Shown: one piece after another, positions 25,219 to 38,118 of the stretch
Layout of the letters: every line of letters begins with the position of its first letter
How positions within the stretch are numbered: position 1 is the first letter of the stretch
Assembly: GCA_002633005.1 (NCBI GenBank)
Contig: NMRA01000048.1
Span: 1,103,582 to 1,167,581 of the forward strand
Direction: 5' to 3'
DNA from: Phoronis australis
Taxonomy: Eukaryota > Animalia > Phoronida
DNA length: 64,000 bases
Program-made: the position numbers and the translations under genes
Notes under the pieces: model-generated
What the model was told of the DNA's origin: nothing
Databases searched by the model: none
Seen by the model: only the letters and a program-made list of their open reading frames with translations

Positions 25219-26771
25219 CTGATGAGCTGATTGGTATTTGTGTTCAAACTATGTGATCATTTACAATGAGAGATGAAACAGTGAAGTTGGGCATTCTTTT
25301 GGTTTCAATGCCGTGAAATCTCTCATGTAATTTTCATGCTGATGGAACACAAAAGCCCATGCATAGTCTTTATTTTTAAATTTGAAGTTTTTAAGTAGTT
25401 TAGGGTTCAACCCATTTAAGAGTTCATTATATCTGATGAAGTATGACCAATGTAGGATATTACGGGCATTCACTACGAATTTAGAAAGCTTGAAAGTGTC
25501 AGTGGTGGTAACTGTTTTTGTTCAAAGTTTATCTTTTGTTATCGTATTATTGTAGTCACTTTTTGCAAGCTTTTTCCTTGTCTTGCCTTGTGTAAGATAC
25601 TGTTAAGTGAAAGTTCAAACAACCAAGAAGTAACTGCTTCATGGACAAACCAGGGTGCATGCCATGATCTCAGGGTAAATTACAGTACAAGACCAAAGTA
25701 ATCAGACATTATACACAACAGTATCCCCATCACTGTGGCTAATTACTTTTACAGCAAAAATGACAGGTAATGACTATTATAATGGAAAATTCTAATTACA
25801 GAATAGGTTAGCCAACTTCTCTAACTTTCCTATTAACTTCCCTTCATTCACGGTTATGAGGAAAGTCTATTCTGACGACGTGTTCTGCTTGCACCTCGCT
25901 GGCATGATGGGCAAGTCTGTGTTATTTTGTATGAATACTTTTGGCGTATGTTTTAATTCTTGGCAAATTTATTAATCAGTAATTCACTGTTGGTCAAAAT
26001 TGTTGACTTTATAGTTCAGTTCACCATTGCCAGTGCTTTGAGCCTATGATGGTAGATGTCATGGCATTTGACTTGGTCGTGGTAGGTCATTTGGGGTTCA
26101 AAATGTTTGAAAACACCTTTGTAATTGCATGGTGACAGCACGTGGAGTTCTTGTTACAGGATCTTAATGTTTTTATTGCCTTCCTTTATGATCTTTTATA
26201 AAACACACACTGTGTTAAACTATTTTTGGTCACAGTAATTTCATTGTTATATGCTTGTGCTTTCTGTTCTAGTTTCAAGTGTTCCTTATTGTAGAAATGG
26301 CGTTTTTACAATTAATAAATGAATACATGAATGAACAATCTTTTTCTAAGTCAGTACATAGCGAAATAAAAATACAAGCCAAGATTTTTTCCAAAGGTAT
26401 AACAAACAAGGAACAAACTACTGTGAAATATTGCAAGCTACGTAGACAGCATCATATAGACTGGGGTCCATAAGAAGTGAAATAAAGAGAAATAACTGAC
26501 ATAACGTATAGCACTTCTGCTGTCCATTTACCTTTGTTGAGTAGATTTGCACCAGTCCCTGTCCCAGGAGTTACACAAACTTCCTACTTATTAAAAGTGC
26601 CTGCACTCACATACTTGGAAGGTGACTTCTAGTTGCCCTTGCTAAGTTCCATTATACCATAGTGCACAACACAGACTGCAGTAACTCCTAAGAGATTATG
26701 ATACTTCTACCTTACAGGGTTTGGTAGACCTCAGCAGCACTTTTGGTGCTTTACAATGTTGCTTAAGACAT

Positions 26772-27460
26772 CTGGGGCTTGTTTCTTGTTAAGGGACTTA
26801 ATTAAGACTAAAAACAGAAATTCGGTCTTTCGCTCGGGCGATCAGTTGCTGAATGCAGGTTTAGCCAAGTAATTAGGACCACATCACAGCCTAGAAATGA
26901 TTTATACAAATTATCTCCGTAACTATCAGTTATGTGTACGTTCTCAGAGACTGCACTTTTGCTCAAGTGAGTTTAAATTATTTTTCACACATTGAGAGAA
27001 GCGTAAGACCAAGTGTAGGACATTGAGAAAAGCGTAAGACCAAGTGTGGGATATTGAGTGAAGAGTAAGACCAAGTGTGGGACATTGAGTGAAGAGTAAG
27101 ACCAAGTGTGGGACATTGAGTGAAGCGTAAGACCAAGTGTACGACATTGAGAGAAGCGTAAGACCAAGTGTCAGACATTGAGTGAAGAGTAAGACCAAGT
27201 GTACGACATTGAGAGAAGCGTAAGACCAAGTGTGGGACATTGAGTGAAGCGTAAGACCAAGTGTGGGACATTGAGTGAAGCGTAAGACCAAGTGTGAGAC
27301 ATTGAGTGAAGCGTAAGACCAAGTGTGGGACATTGAGTGAACCGTAAGACCAAGTGTGGGACATTGAGAGAAGAGTAAGACCAAGTGTAGGACATTGAGT
27401 GAAGCGTGAGACCAAGTGTCGGACTGAAGTCTTTGTCATGTTTCGTGAAACAGTCCCCAG
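26772..27460. mobile_element. Degenerate Harbinger-like MITE enclosing a minisatellite
   Basis: Ends CTGGGGCTTGTTTC / GAAACAGTCCCCAG are imperfect inverted repeats. Confidence 0.45.
26989..27421. repeat. 31-bp minisatellite (ACATTGAGTGAAGCGTAAGACCAAGTGTGGG), ~14 copies
   Basis: Direct tandem units, no spacers. Confidence 0.97.
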
Positions 27461-28197
27461 GGAAAGCTAACTGGTGATTTTAGAAAAGTTACCGTCAAAG
27501 TTCATTCATTGCACCCACAGAAATTGTCTTCTTCTTCTCTTCCGGTTTCAACATATGATCGAAGTACCAATCCTTATATGTCAATATTGAAGTAACATCA
27601 TACTTTGGTCCAGTCCAGCAAAGACCATTTTACTTTTCTTGAAAGCACATTGTCATGGATTAGAGGTATGAGTGCAATCTTCAAGTTCAGGCTAACATGT
27701 ATTGATTTTTCGCCAAGTCAGTCATCCTTTAAGTCTTAATGAATGAGAAGATTGTATCAGGGTCTATTTTTCGCATGCATCCGTTGTTGGCTTTTTGCAT
27801 GGTTGTCACAATGATCAAGTGTGGAGACTAGTAAGGTTGGTCTGTTGTGTAGTGACAGTAGCAGATAAGCAGTCTAGTTTTCTTGAAATCGTGGGCTTTG
27901 TGTAGATACCTGTTAGTGTAATAGGCAATAGACTTAATAATCTTTGAGCATTTGGGGATTTTCCTGGGTTTTTAGGTAATATGTTTTGGCTCTCAATAGA
28001 CTATAACACAGTATGGTTTTGCGCTTGCTGGACTCCCATATGTCATGAAACACTGTTTTGTCTCTTGCACTCATCCTGGATAATGCCAGTGTTCTTACAT
28101 TGGGAAGTGCAAAAATTGACGTCTAAAACCAAAAATTTTTAAATTTCAAAAGTCGGCATTAAAGTTGAAAATCACTTATCTGTGTTTATTTGGATAA

Positions 28198-28246
28198 ATG
28201 AGTAACAAATACAGCTTTTTGGGACGATGTGAATTGAAAGTGGTGG
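28198..28246 (+). CDS. Candidate alternative first exon MSNKYSFLGRCELKVV, phase 1
   Basis: ATG directly after TAA; open frame to G|GTAAGT. Confidence 0.33.
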
Positions 28247-28356
28247 GTAAGTTGATAGAATGAATTTTGTGATTTTGTGATAAAAATGGTCTGTCGCAAA
28301 TCACCGAAGCATGTCCAATGAGTACATAACTACTGTGACGTGGTGCAGGGGGAATA

Positions 28357-29598
28357 TCACTTCTTGATGCGGGCTGTGTAACCCCACGAGGTGCGTCTCG
28401 TGCAAAAGTCAGTCATTATAATGGCACTATCACTGGGGCAGCATGTAAGGATTTAGTTTTTACATGGTCTGTGTTTATCAGGGATGTGTTGCATTACCTT
28501 GTATATTTATTGCCCTGGTATTGTTTTGTATTAGATATCCCTGGGTGGTAATTAATATATTGAAATTCCCTGTTGGGAATTAATATATTAAGTTCAGTCC
28601 TCATTCTCAGAGGGTACACCTGTCTTGGAAGATGACATGGAAGTTGTTGAAGATGTATGGATTTCCAGGTTGTATAGTCTCTCTGGTTGATTCAAGTGTT
28701 GTGACACAAATCAATCAAGACTAATGAAGAACTCCTTCTTCCAATACCAATCAGCTGTGCAGTAAACTATTTATCATTAACTGCTGTTGGTCGATGGTGT
28801 CTCAGACTTATGACGGAAGTAATCAGCCTTTTCACACAGACACCATGCTTTCCATCTCCCGAATGTTTGTTCGAGGTAGAAACTGTCTCAACATNTCACT
28901 TCTTGATGCGGGCTGTGTAACCCCACGAGGTGCGTCTCGTGCAAAAGTCAGTCACTTTCAGAATGTCCTGTTTTCACATTCACAAATTATCTATGAATTC
29001 ATCTGCATAGGACATGTCAAATAGAAGTATTGTTTAGTTCCTGCTATATTTTAGCGTAGTTAGGTGCATACAAGTGCGCCTGTAGGCAAACACGGGCATT
29101 AACCTGGAGGAGTATGGCATTATAATGGCACTATCACTTGGGCAGCATGTAAGGATTTAGTTTTTACATGGTCTGTGTTTATCAGGGACGTGTTGCATTA
29201 CCTTGTAAATTTATTGCCCTGGTATTGTTTTGTATTAGATATCCCTGGGTGGTAATTAATATATTGAAATTCCCTGTTGGGAACTAATATATTAAGTTCA
29301 GTCCTCATTCTCAGAGGGTACACCTGTCTTGGAAGATGACATGGAAGTTGTTGAAGATGTATGGATTTCCAGGTTGTATAGTCTCTCTGGTTGATTCAAG
29401 TGTTGTGACACAAATCAATCAAGACTAATGAAGAACTCCTTCTTCCAATACCAATCAGCTGTGCAGTAAACTATTTATCATTAACTGCTGTTGGTCGATG
29501 GTGTCTCAGACTTATGACGGAAGTAATCAGCCTTTTCACACAGACACCATGCTTTCCATCTCCCGAATGTTTGTTCGAGGTAGAAACTGTCTCAACAT
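28357..29598. repeat. Direct duplication around a single N (28357-28894 vs 28896-29598), probably two haplotypes joined end to end
   Basis: Copies abut the N at 28895 exactly; they differ by a few SNPs and a ~165-bp indel. Confidence 0.9.
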
Positions 29599-29860
29599 CA
29601 TGTCGGTACATTATGTTGTTACACTATGCAGGAAATGCCATTCTCTGAGCAGTGATGAGATCAAAACTTTCCTTGCAATTATTTGCCAAAGGTGTCATGA
29701 CCTTTTCTACATGGAACTGAGTTGAAAATGTCACTTGTAGTTCTGTCCATGGTTCGTCTTTAAACTATTTCCTCCCAAGGCCCATGTGACTTTTAAGACT
29801 TATTACTGAAATTTGGCTTTGTGCTCCTCACTTCACAATTGTATAACACTGTAATTAGGA

Positions 29861-29960
29861 GGAGGCAGTGTGGTCTAAACATCTCGTTGGTTCGAGTACC
29901 ACTGGGCCACACTGCTAGGCCCTTGAGTCCCACTGAGCCACACTGCTAGGCCCTTGAGTC
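29861..29960 (+). mobile_element. Degenerate tRNA-derived SINE head
   Basis: A-box-like GGAGGCAGTGTGGTCTAA, B-box-like GGTTCGAGTACC, then GCCCTTGAG; short local duplication. Confidence 0.35.
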
Positions 29961-31322
29961 TGATTCTAGCTCCTCAGCTTGGTTTTAACTTTACATTAAT
30001 AAAGCACAAAAATAGTTCTAGGTGATCAGTGTAATGGGCCCACATGCACAGCCTACGCACGTCTGTTACAACGTGTACCAGACCTCCTGCAATTATATTG
30101 TTTTTAATTAGGAGCACATCTCAAGTATAGAAATAATTTATGAAATCATCTTAGTAACTAGAGGTTATGTGTGTGTTCTCATAAATTTGCATTTTTGCTC
30201 ACCCGGTAAGTGAGATTTAAGGTTCTTTTTCTGACCAAATTTCTTACCTAAGTATTAAGTCACTTTCATGAAACAGATTCCAATGCTTATTGAAACATTT
30301 TGAAATGCAGGTCACATGTTGGGAGTAAACAGTTAGCACTCTCATACAGAAAAATTGTGCCTGGACCTGCAGTTGTTCCAGCATTCTGCCTTGGGGAACT
30401 GGCCCATCATTCATGTGTCTTGGGATGGAAGTGTCTGCATGAAGTAAGGTCTGCAAGCATGTACCTGTAAGTGACAGTGCTGCCTTGACACTGCACTGTG
30501 ACAAGTGCTATCTCATTCTGTTATGCCCTACCGTTTAACTTTTGTCCAAACAAGTATCCTTCCCATGTGAAAATTGTGTATTTTCTAGCAAATTTTACTT
30601 TGAAAAATGTTTGTATTGGGTCACGAATATTTTAGGATTCTGAGCTCTATCAAATTCGAGTGAATTGATACTGAGGGTGGGGGGATGGGAGGTCAATTAT
30701 TCATGACCTATGTTGTTTGTTCATTCAATTTAAATGTGTTGTTGCCTTTATCATAAAACCACTCATTCTGGCACATGCATTGTACTGCAGTAACTGTCTA
30801 GTGTCAGTGTCTACCAATAGGGGCATGAATCGTGGGTATTTTTTCCTGAAATATTCATGGGATTTCAGAAAACATGGGAATGGCTGTTAAGTCACTTGGG
30901 CCTAATTATCTTGTCGAGGTTACTTACCCTTGAGCAAGTGTCCATCTGGACACTGAAAGAATCTCGCAAATGTTCTGGTAGCAGCACAACTTCAAAATGC
31001 CTAGCAATGCTTTCATTTCTGTGTAAATGTATCCATTAGCTGGTCAAGAGGTTGGACTATGAGATTGATATCCCCGAGGGGGAGTTGAGTTGCAGAAGGG
31101 TCGATATGTTTTCCACAATTAATTACTTGATTAAAATGAATGTTTTAAATTACTTCAGTTGGTTATGCCAAGGGTCTCTCTTCAGACTTCTTTGATTTTT
31201 TGTCATGTTCCTGTCTGAAGGCTATTCTCTGCCATTCATTAGGCAAACATTACAGTCTTGTAGTGCATTTAGAGCTGAATGATAAAATTGGTGATGCTGT
31301 CGTATGCTTTGTTTGAAACTTA

Positions 31323-33764
31323 CCGTAATCGTTCGGGTTAACGCCCATGCTCAGTTAACCGCCCATCCCCGACTTTAAGTGGATTTTCGATTTAACCGCC
31401 CACTGCTCGGTTAACCGCCCCCCTGCGATTTTTGAAGATTTCCAGTTAAGCGCCCACCTCTCGGTTAAGCGCCCATTCCCGACTTTTAAAGAATGAAGAT
31501 TTAGCGCCCAGTGCTAAGGAAACGTGTGATTTCCCGACTTTTAGAAAAAGATCGATGATCACAAAGAGCGCAACGACGCCGGGCTTCCGAGACGGTGGTT
31601 TAGCAATGTGAATTACAATTCAAGTAACGAGTTATTGTCTTTGGTCATGGACTCACTTCAAAATATAATACTTGAACGTTTTTGTCACTTTATTTTCTTC
31701 CCATGTTTGCAAAGTTTAAGAACGCCGCCGGCGTCAAAACCTCCGCTTTCAGCGACTTTGTCTGCCGCGCTGAGTTTCCATCTGTAGTGCACAAGATAAA
31801 ACATATATTCGAAAAAATCAGGCCAGAGAAATGTGATAATGGTTTTGCCAACCCTCCAAATTCTATTAAGGTGGGAAGCTCTCGTATTTTGAACAAATCG
31901 CACAACTCACGGAAAGATGTCAAATTCTCAATATTTTGATGAATGTAACTCCCAGGTTATAGAGGATGTGTGGCGACCAAAGGGACAGTACAAGTGCCTT
32001 ACTGGGTTACCGATTTCGTTGCTGCATATCGATTTCTGAATTCAAAGGTTGATAATAATGTATGTTTGTGTATGATCTTGAGGTAATAAAAAACTGCTAG
32101 TCAAATTTTGTTTTTCGCGTATTGCATCTCAGTCAAACTGGCGTTAGCAGATTTAACTAATGTCGCTGGCTGTTTACTATTTCTTGCGTCAGCCCCCACG
32201 TAAGCGTGACTGTGTGAATTATCGTTTCCACATCCCCTTTTTAGCTATCCAGAATAATTTTGTTTATACATTGGCCAGTTTCAGCCTCGACAAAAATTCT
32301 TACCATTCTAGTCTGAAATATCTACGACGTAGACTGACTGAAAATTGGCGATAGTGGGTAAGAGATGCACGCAGCTAGCTACGGGCATGGGCGTAGGGAA
32401 CATCGAGCCGGGAAATATCGGAATAGACTTGACATCGCAGTTTTGGGGAACATTGGCAATGGAGGAACATCGTAAAGAATTGGGTCTTTTGTAGCAACAG
32501 CTTAAAAGTACATAGCCACGCCCGTTTTTGATACTTAGGACTGCCGCTATTCTCTTTGGCGACTTTGTAGTGCTGCACGTGTGCAAGTTCCCACACTTTG
32601 GAGTGCATGTTACCTTGACACCAACATGTGATTGACAGGTGACTCACACATAGGCCCTACCTGCGTGCTGAAATCCCGCCGCTATCTTTTGCCATAAAAA
32701 ACGAGGTGCATGTATCGAAAGAGGCCGTTATATTACTTGACGGCATTTATAAATCACGATTGTCAGCCGACTAAGACATTGCGCGCTAACAGCCTGACCG
32801 AACAGTGCCGCAGTGCGATTTTGCAAGTGATATAAATAGGATAATCTGGACATCCTGCATGTAAAATAAATTTTTTTCCACCACGAAGTTTGGTAAGGTG
32901 ATCGTTTAAGAATGAATTGAAACATCGCTGTTTTGTTGCGTTTATCACATATTTATGCCGTGGCTCGAAGTTTTATTGTTGGTTGACGAGTGGCTCACCC
33001 CGATTCTTGTCTTAGGCCTACTTCTTTGCCGAGCATGTTTGGCGCAACGGCAAGTGAAGAATGCCGGGCGGTCGAGATAAAACAGCTAGCCGCAGAACCA
33101 TACGCTGAAAATGTCATTGAGTCACGGAGTGTCGACATCCCAAACACAAAAAACATCTGAATTCAGTTTATCAAACTTTTATTACAACTAATTTTAAAAC
33201 TGCTCTCTGACAATGAACTTGGCAGCCAGTACGAGACTGTAACCATAAATTTGATGTCTGCTGTGACCTCTCCAACACGTGAAGCTTGCACGCGCGCACT
33301 TTAATTAGCAAGGTCGCATCTTGAAATATTTGCAATCCAAGTAGAGGCTGCGTGGTCTCTGGTCGTCTGCGCTGCGCAGGGCAAAGTAACAAGACCGCAG
33401 GACGGCACGGGGCTTTTACTCAGCAATCCTGTAAATTTAATAGTGAATAACTAATCTGAGGGCAAGAGAACCTTTTCATCCGCTGTTATGAAATTTTCCC
33501 CGTCATGTGGCGACGTGACCATAACGCTCTTTGAAAAGTGCTACGCGTTCCGAGTGCGTGTGTGGTGTGGGGACTTAGATCACGAGGTAACATTAACCGC
33601 CCAGGGCGGTTGCCTGTCGTAATAAGCGCCCATGTTCGGTTAACCGCCCACCCTGGATTTCTTGAAATTTCACGTTTAAGCGCCCATGTCTGGTTAACCG
33701 CCCACCCCCGAATTTTTGGGTTTGCCAATTTAACCGCCCAGGGCGTTAACCCGAACGATTACGG
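31323..33764. mobile_element. Non-autonomous Tc2/pogo-like element (2.44 kb), TA TSD
   Basis: Perfect 24-bp TIR CCGTAATCGTTCGGGTTAACGCCC; TA flanks at 31321 and 33765; many subterminal TTAA(C/G)CGCCCA repeats; CpG-rich interior; no transposase ORF. Confidence 0.92.
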
Positions 33765-34034
33765 TACTTGTGTCAGGAAAAGATTGGAATGGTTCTGTGG
33801 AAACACTTCTTCAGCTCATAATATGGCCACATTAGAAATTCTATGTTGTCATTTTTTTCACAAAAACAAAATGTAAAAAAAATTTAGTCTATTATTACTG
33901 GGTATAATTTGTACTGCGTAGATGTCCTAAATTACATTTGGGAAAGTTTCCATTATAAACCGCATAGTAATCAGCCTTTGTAAAATTGAAAAATTGCAGT
34001 TGCCATGTGTCAGAATGCCCAACTGGCAATTATT

Positions 34035-34325
34035 TTTGTGCAAAATAAGTGGAGAAATACTGGAAACTCCTTCCCTCCCTCTAACTCACACATTTGTGCA
34101 AAATAAGTGGAGAAATACTGGAAACTCCTTCCCTCCTTCTAACTCACACATTTGTGCAAAATAAGTGGAGAAATACTGAAAACTCCTTCCCTCCCTCTAA
34201 CTCACACATTTGTGCAAAATAAGTGGAGAAATACTGGAAACTCCTTCCCTCCCTCTAACTCACACATTTGTGCAAAATAAGTGGAGAAATACTGGAAACT
34301 CCTTCTCTCCCTCTAACTCACACAT
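34035..34325. repeat. 58-bp tandem repeat, 5 copies
   Basis: CAAAATAAGTGGAG at 34041, 34099 and onward. Confidence 0.97.
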
Positions 34326-35047
34326 TCACACATTTTTGTTATTTTAAGATTATTTGCTTCTGGTAATGACGTATGTCTATCTATTCACTCTCGGTCAATT
34401 ATTCTTGTGTAGTTAAAGAGGTTCATTATTTGACTAGGCACCACTGATCAACGTTTTCATGTTCTATAAACAGTGATAACATATTTGGATCAATTCTTTA
34501 CACTTCAGTAGTGTGGCAACTTTGTATCCGGAGTTTTGCTAGGTTTGATATTAGTTTCCATTCAGGTGTAGAACATTGTTTTGCATTATTTGCTTCAGAT
34601 GTTTCATCTTGTAAATAGTACGATACACTGGGAAGTACTGCAAACAACTGATGATAGCCTGTTATTTCTCTGGGGTTTGGTTTAAATCTCACCATGTTAA
34701 GTCTTGTTAATTATCATCCTCTGCCTTTCAGCTATGGACTTGGTACATATTAGGGAATATTGTGTGCTCAGAGGATTCATCTAGATCATCTCATTTGTCT
34801 GAAAATAACACAAAAAGTCTAAATATTTTAATAATTACGTTATAAGGTAGATTACAGTACAGTTAGGAGAATCGTGTTGCTGTGACACGTTAAAAAATGA
34901 ATGTGGACAAATTGAGAGCTGGAAGAGGTTCTTGGTTGGCTATCAGCATTGTTGGTATTTGTTATGTTGTTTTTTTCTTGCCACTTCTTAGACGGTACTC
35001 TCGGTTTTGTGGAAATTGTTGATCACTGTAATTTTCTGTGTAAGTGA

Positions 35048-35616
35048 GGCCAAAAAATAAGCGTAATTGGTTCTAGTCTGCTTTTGACATGTTTGGAAAC
35101 CTCATGCCTCGCAGCTGGCACCAGATGGCGCCGGGTATAAATAAGGATCCCGACCCATTTCAGCCATCTTCAAGTGAGGCTGGGGCGAATAGGATTATGA
35201 CACATTTTAGCTGACGTCAGGTGTTTTTTCTTTTTTGAAAATGTAGAACAACTCGAAATTATCGCATCAGCATGTCAATTTCCAAAAAAATAGACCAAGT
35301 CACAGTTACGTAAAAGTTTATACACTGTTTAGCAACAATGATGTGGCTTAATCACCTGTCGTGCTATTAATGTTTATTAATGACTTTGATGTCATTCATC
35401 CCAGCCTAGAAGCTTATTCTTTTTGAAAATATGGACAACTAAAAATATCGCATCAGCACGTCAACTGTCAAAAAAAACAGACCATGGCACGGTTACATAA
35501 AAGTTATTGACGTTAGATGACAATAATGACCTCTCCACATGTCATGCTGTTAATGTTTATTAATGAATTTGATTTCATGCAACCTTGCCCAGAATCAAGT
35601 ATGCTATTTTTTGGCC
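35048..35616. mobile_element. Zator-like MITE (569 bp) with an internal ~190-bp direct repeat
   Basis: TIR GGCCAAAAAATAAGCGTAATTGGTTCT / AGAATCAAGTATGCTATTTTTTGGCC; flanks TGA and TAA. Confidence 0.7.
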
Positions 35617-36399
35617 TAAACAATGTGTGCAGACGCTAAGATTTAATGAATCTCCCATTAAACATCAAGTCTCACCATGTTGAGAACAAAATTGCAGTTT
35701 ACCCTCCAACCTGCGAATTCATTAATATGGTTCTGAATTGTACTTTGTGGTGTGTGTAATGGAGATTGCGAATTCTCACAGTCTGTTTGGGTGTAGTTTA
35801 GTGAACCCAGGAGCCTTCTAAAACAACCTGTTTATTGTACAACACCCCTGCTGTTCTGTTAACATGATGCTTTCATTTGCTGAGGGCAAGACCACTGTGT
35901 TCTGCTTCCAGTCAGATAAGATAATTGACCTTCTCAAGTAGTGGCCAGAGGTCAATGTGCTCAGGGTGTGAACATTTAGGATGTATTTCATCTTGCATAA
36001 TTACAATTGAATTGAAACAGGTTCATCCTGATCATCTTGCATAATTACAATTGTACTGAAACAGGTTCATCCTGCAGGTGGCGATAGCAGTTTCACAGTT
36101 ATGACTGATACACTTGTCGAGTGATGACACAGCTCATTTGTTTGTAAATTGATTGTAGAATACCAGTAGAGCCATATTGTGATGGTAAACACAAGTACCA
36201 TAGCTTACCATCAGAAAATATTTTGAAAAATTGTGAATATTCAAAACAAGGTTAGAAGACTTTGAAAAAAGTGTAATTTTGGGAATTATTTTTATCCAAA
36301 ATTGGTGAGATTTTACTGTAGTCGGAAAGGTAATGGGGAGTTTGCAATGGAGTTTGAATAGACCAGAACTTTGCTAGAGAGGCGTGCCTTTTAGGAAGA

Positions 36400-36770
36400 G
36401 TATTTCCAATTGATGTCTAGAGAACCAATGGACGGATTTCAATGAAAATAGACACTAAGGTATGTGACGGTAATACGCCGGCAACAATTTATTTTGGGGT
36501 GGATTCTACCACTGCTGTACCCCCTTGTAGCCATTTTTTCTCGACAAGGAGCTTTTTCAATACTTTTGGGAGGAGGTGTTTCTGGATGATTTCTAGATAA
36601 CCAATTGTTCAATTATTATGAAACTTGACATGGAGGTATGTGATGGTAATGTGCTGGCTTCAATTGATTTGTGGGCATATTTAACTACTGTAGACCCCTG
36701 TAGCGGCCATTCCATTTTAGAGATGATGGTGGCTAACAGTTTTGCAGCTCTTCCTTGTGATTGCTTTGCT
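36400..36770 (+). mobile_element. Degenerate Helentron/HINE-type fragment, two diverged ~175-bp units
   Basis: TCTAGA.AACCAAT...ATGAAA...AGGTATGTGA.GGTAAT...CCCCT.GTAGC occurs twice; similar in style to units at 51805-53310. Confidence 0.45.
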
Positions 36771-37241
36771 GTCTCTTTGTACCTTACATGAAGTTGATAA
36801 GCACAACTAGGAACATCCTGTTAGCAGTTTACTTATTATCAATGTTTTGCATTAGTTCTTGTTATGTGAATTGAGATAGGACGTCTGTTCAGAGGGCTGA
36901 TGGGAAGGGGTCGGCTGATTGACTGAGAATGGCAGGGGGCATTTTCCCTGGTGCCCTATAGCTTTTACAGTCTCTGTGTTAAGTCAAATCATTTTAGTTA
37001 TTCTTATTTTAAGAATTCCCCTGTTGTGTATTTGCATTGATCACAACAGCTGTTTTTATTAAAACATTTCTAATGAGTCTTGCCTTGCAGTAAATCGTTC
37101 TCATAAACACAATAGATGGGGCTGCTGTCATGGTACTGATTATTTTCATTGGTCACTGTACTGGTTGTCTTGTTTAATTTTTTTCACATGTAAACCCAAA
37201 ATTATATAAACAAGTAAGAAGAAGGAAATTACCAGTGTTGA

Positions 37242-37413
37242 GTTATTGCACATGTCTAATCATCATGGGAGTTGATAATTTGACTCTCACAAATCTTGTG
37301 TTATTGCACATGTCTAATCATCATGGGAGTTGATAATTTGACTCTCACAAATCTTGTGTTATTGCACATGCCTAATCATCCTGGGAGTTGATAATTTGAC
37401 TCTCACATCTTGT
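37242..37413. repeat. 58-bp tandem repeat, ~3 copies
   Basis: GTTATTGCACATG at 37242, 37300, 37358. Confidence 0.95.
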
Positions 37414-37471
37414 AGATTGTTAAACCAGTTTTCTGTCTCATTAAGACGGTAGAAAGTGTAAATGGTGCTTG

Positions 37472-37523
37472 ATGACAGACATTGACAAGTTTTTGCTCAT
37501 TAGGCAACTGTTAATACATGAAG
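37472..37523 (+). CDS. Candidate alternative first exon MTDIDKFLLIRQLLIHE, phase 1
   Basis: Open frame from ATG to strong donor AAG|GTATGT, 595 bp before the acceptor at 38119. Confidence 0.35.
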
Positions 37524-38118
37524 GTATGTCTCACATTTCTTATCTTCAACTGATTAGAGGTGACGGAGGATGTGACTGAAGAAACGATCTTGAAAAAAAT
37601 CTGGAGGTGGTTTTCTGACATATCTTAGGGAGGGGCATAGCTAGATGTTTTCATGGGTTCACACTGAAACCTGAGTAGGGGGCCCGTAAGTTGCTACATG
37701 CTCTTGAGGTGCTGTTGAGCAATTTGTGTAGTGAAGACTAGTATGGTGAATGAAATAGAGATTTGTTCATACCATGTTGAAATACAGCTGTTTCTTGTGC
37801 CCATGTGCAAAGTCGCACATATGATAGCAACATCACTACTTGAGCGTGATGAACTAGTAGAATTTTATTTTCTCAAATTTTTCAAAGAAAATAAACAGGT
37901 GGTGAGCTTTTTGAAAATTGTAAAAGTACTATTTTCCAATAATTTTATGCAAAATAAATAATTATTGTAATATCAGAATAAATTTTCTTAATGATTTTTA
38001 TATGGTGAAATTTGACTGCAATAAAATTCCGCTAACATTGTTCGGTAAATTAAGGCGAAAAATTCCATTCTAACCAAGTGATACTACACATCTTACTAAG
38101 ACTGGGTTATGTTTTCAG

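Noticed and set aside
26944-27439. Overlapping repetitive ORFs
   Set aside because: Translations of the 31-bp minisatellite.
29861-29960. tRNA gene
   Set aside because: A/B-box-like motifs only; no cloverleaf can be formed.
31682-33728. Short ORFs inside the Tc2-like element as transposase remnants
   Set aside because: No DDE or HTH motifs recognisable.
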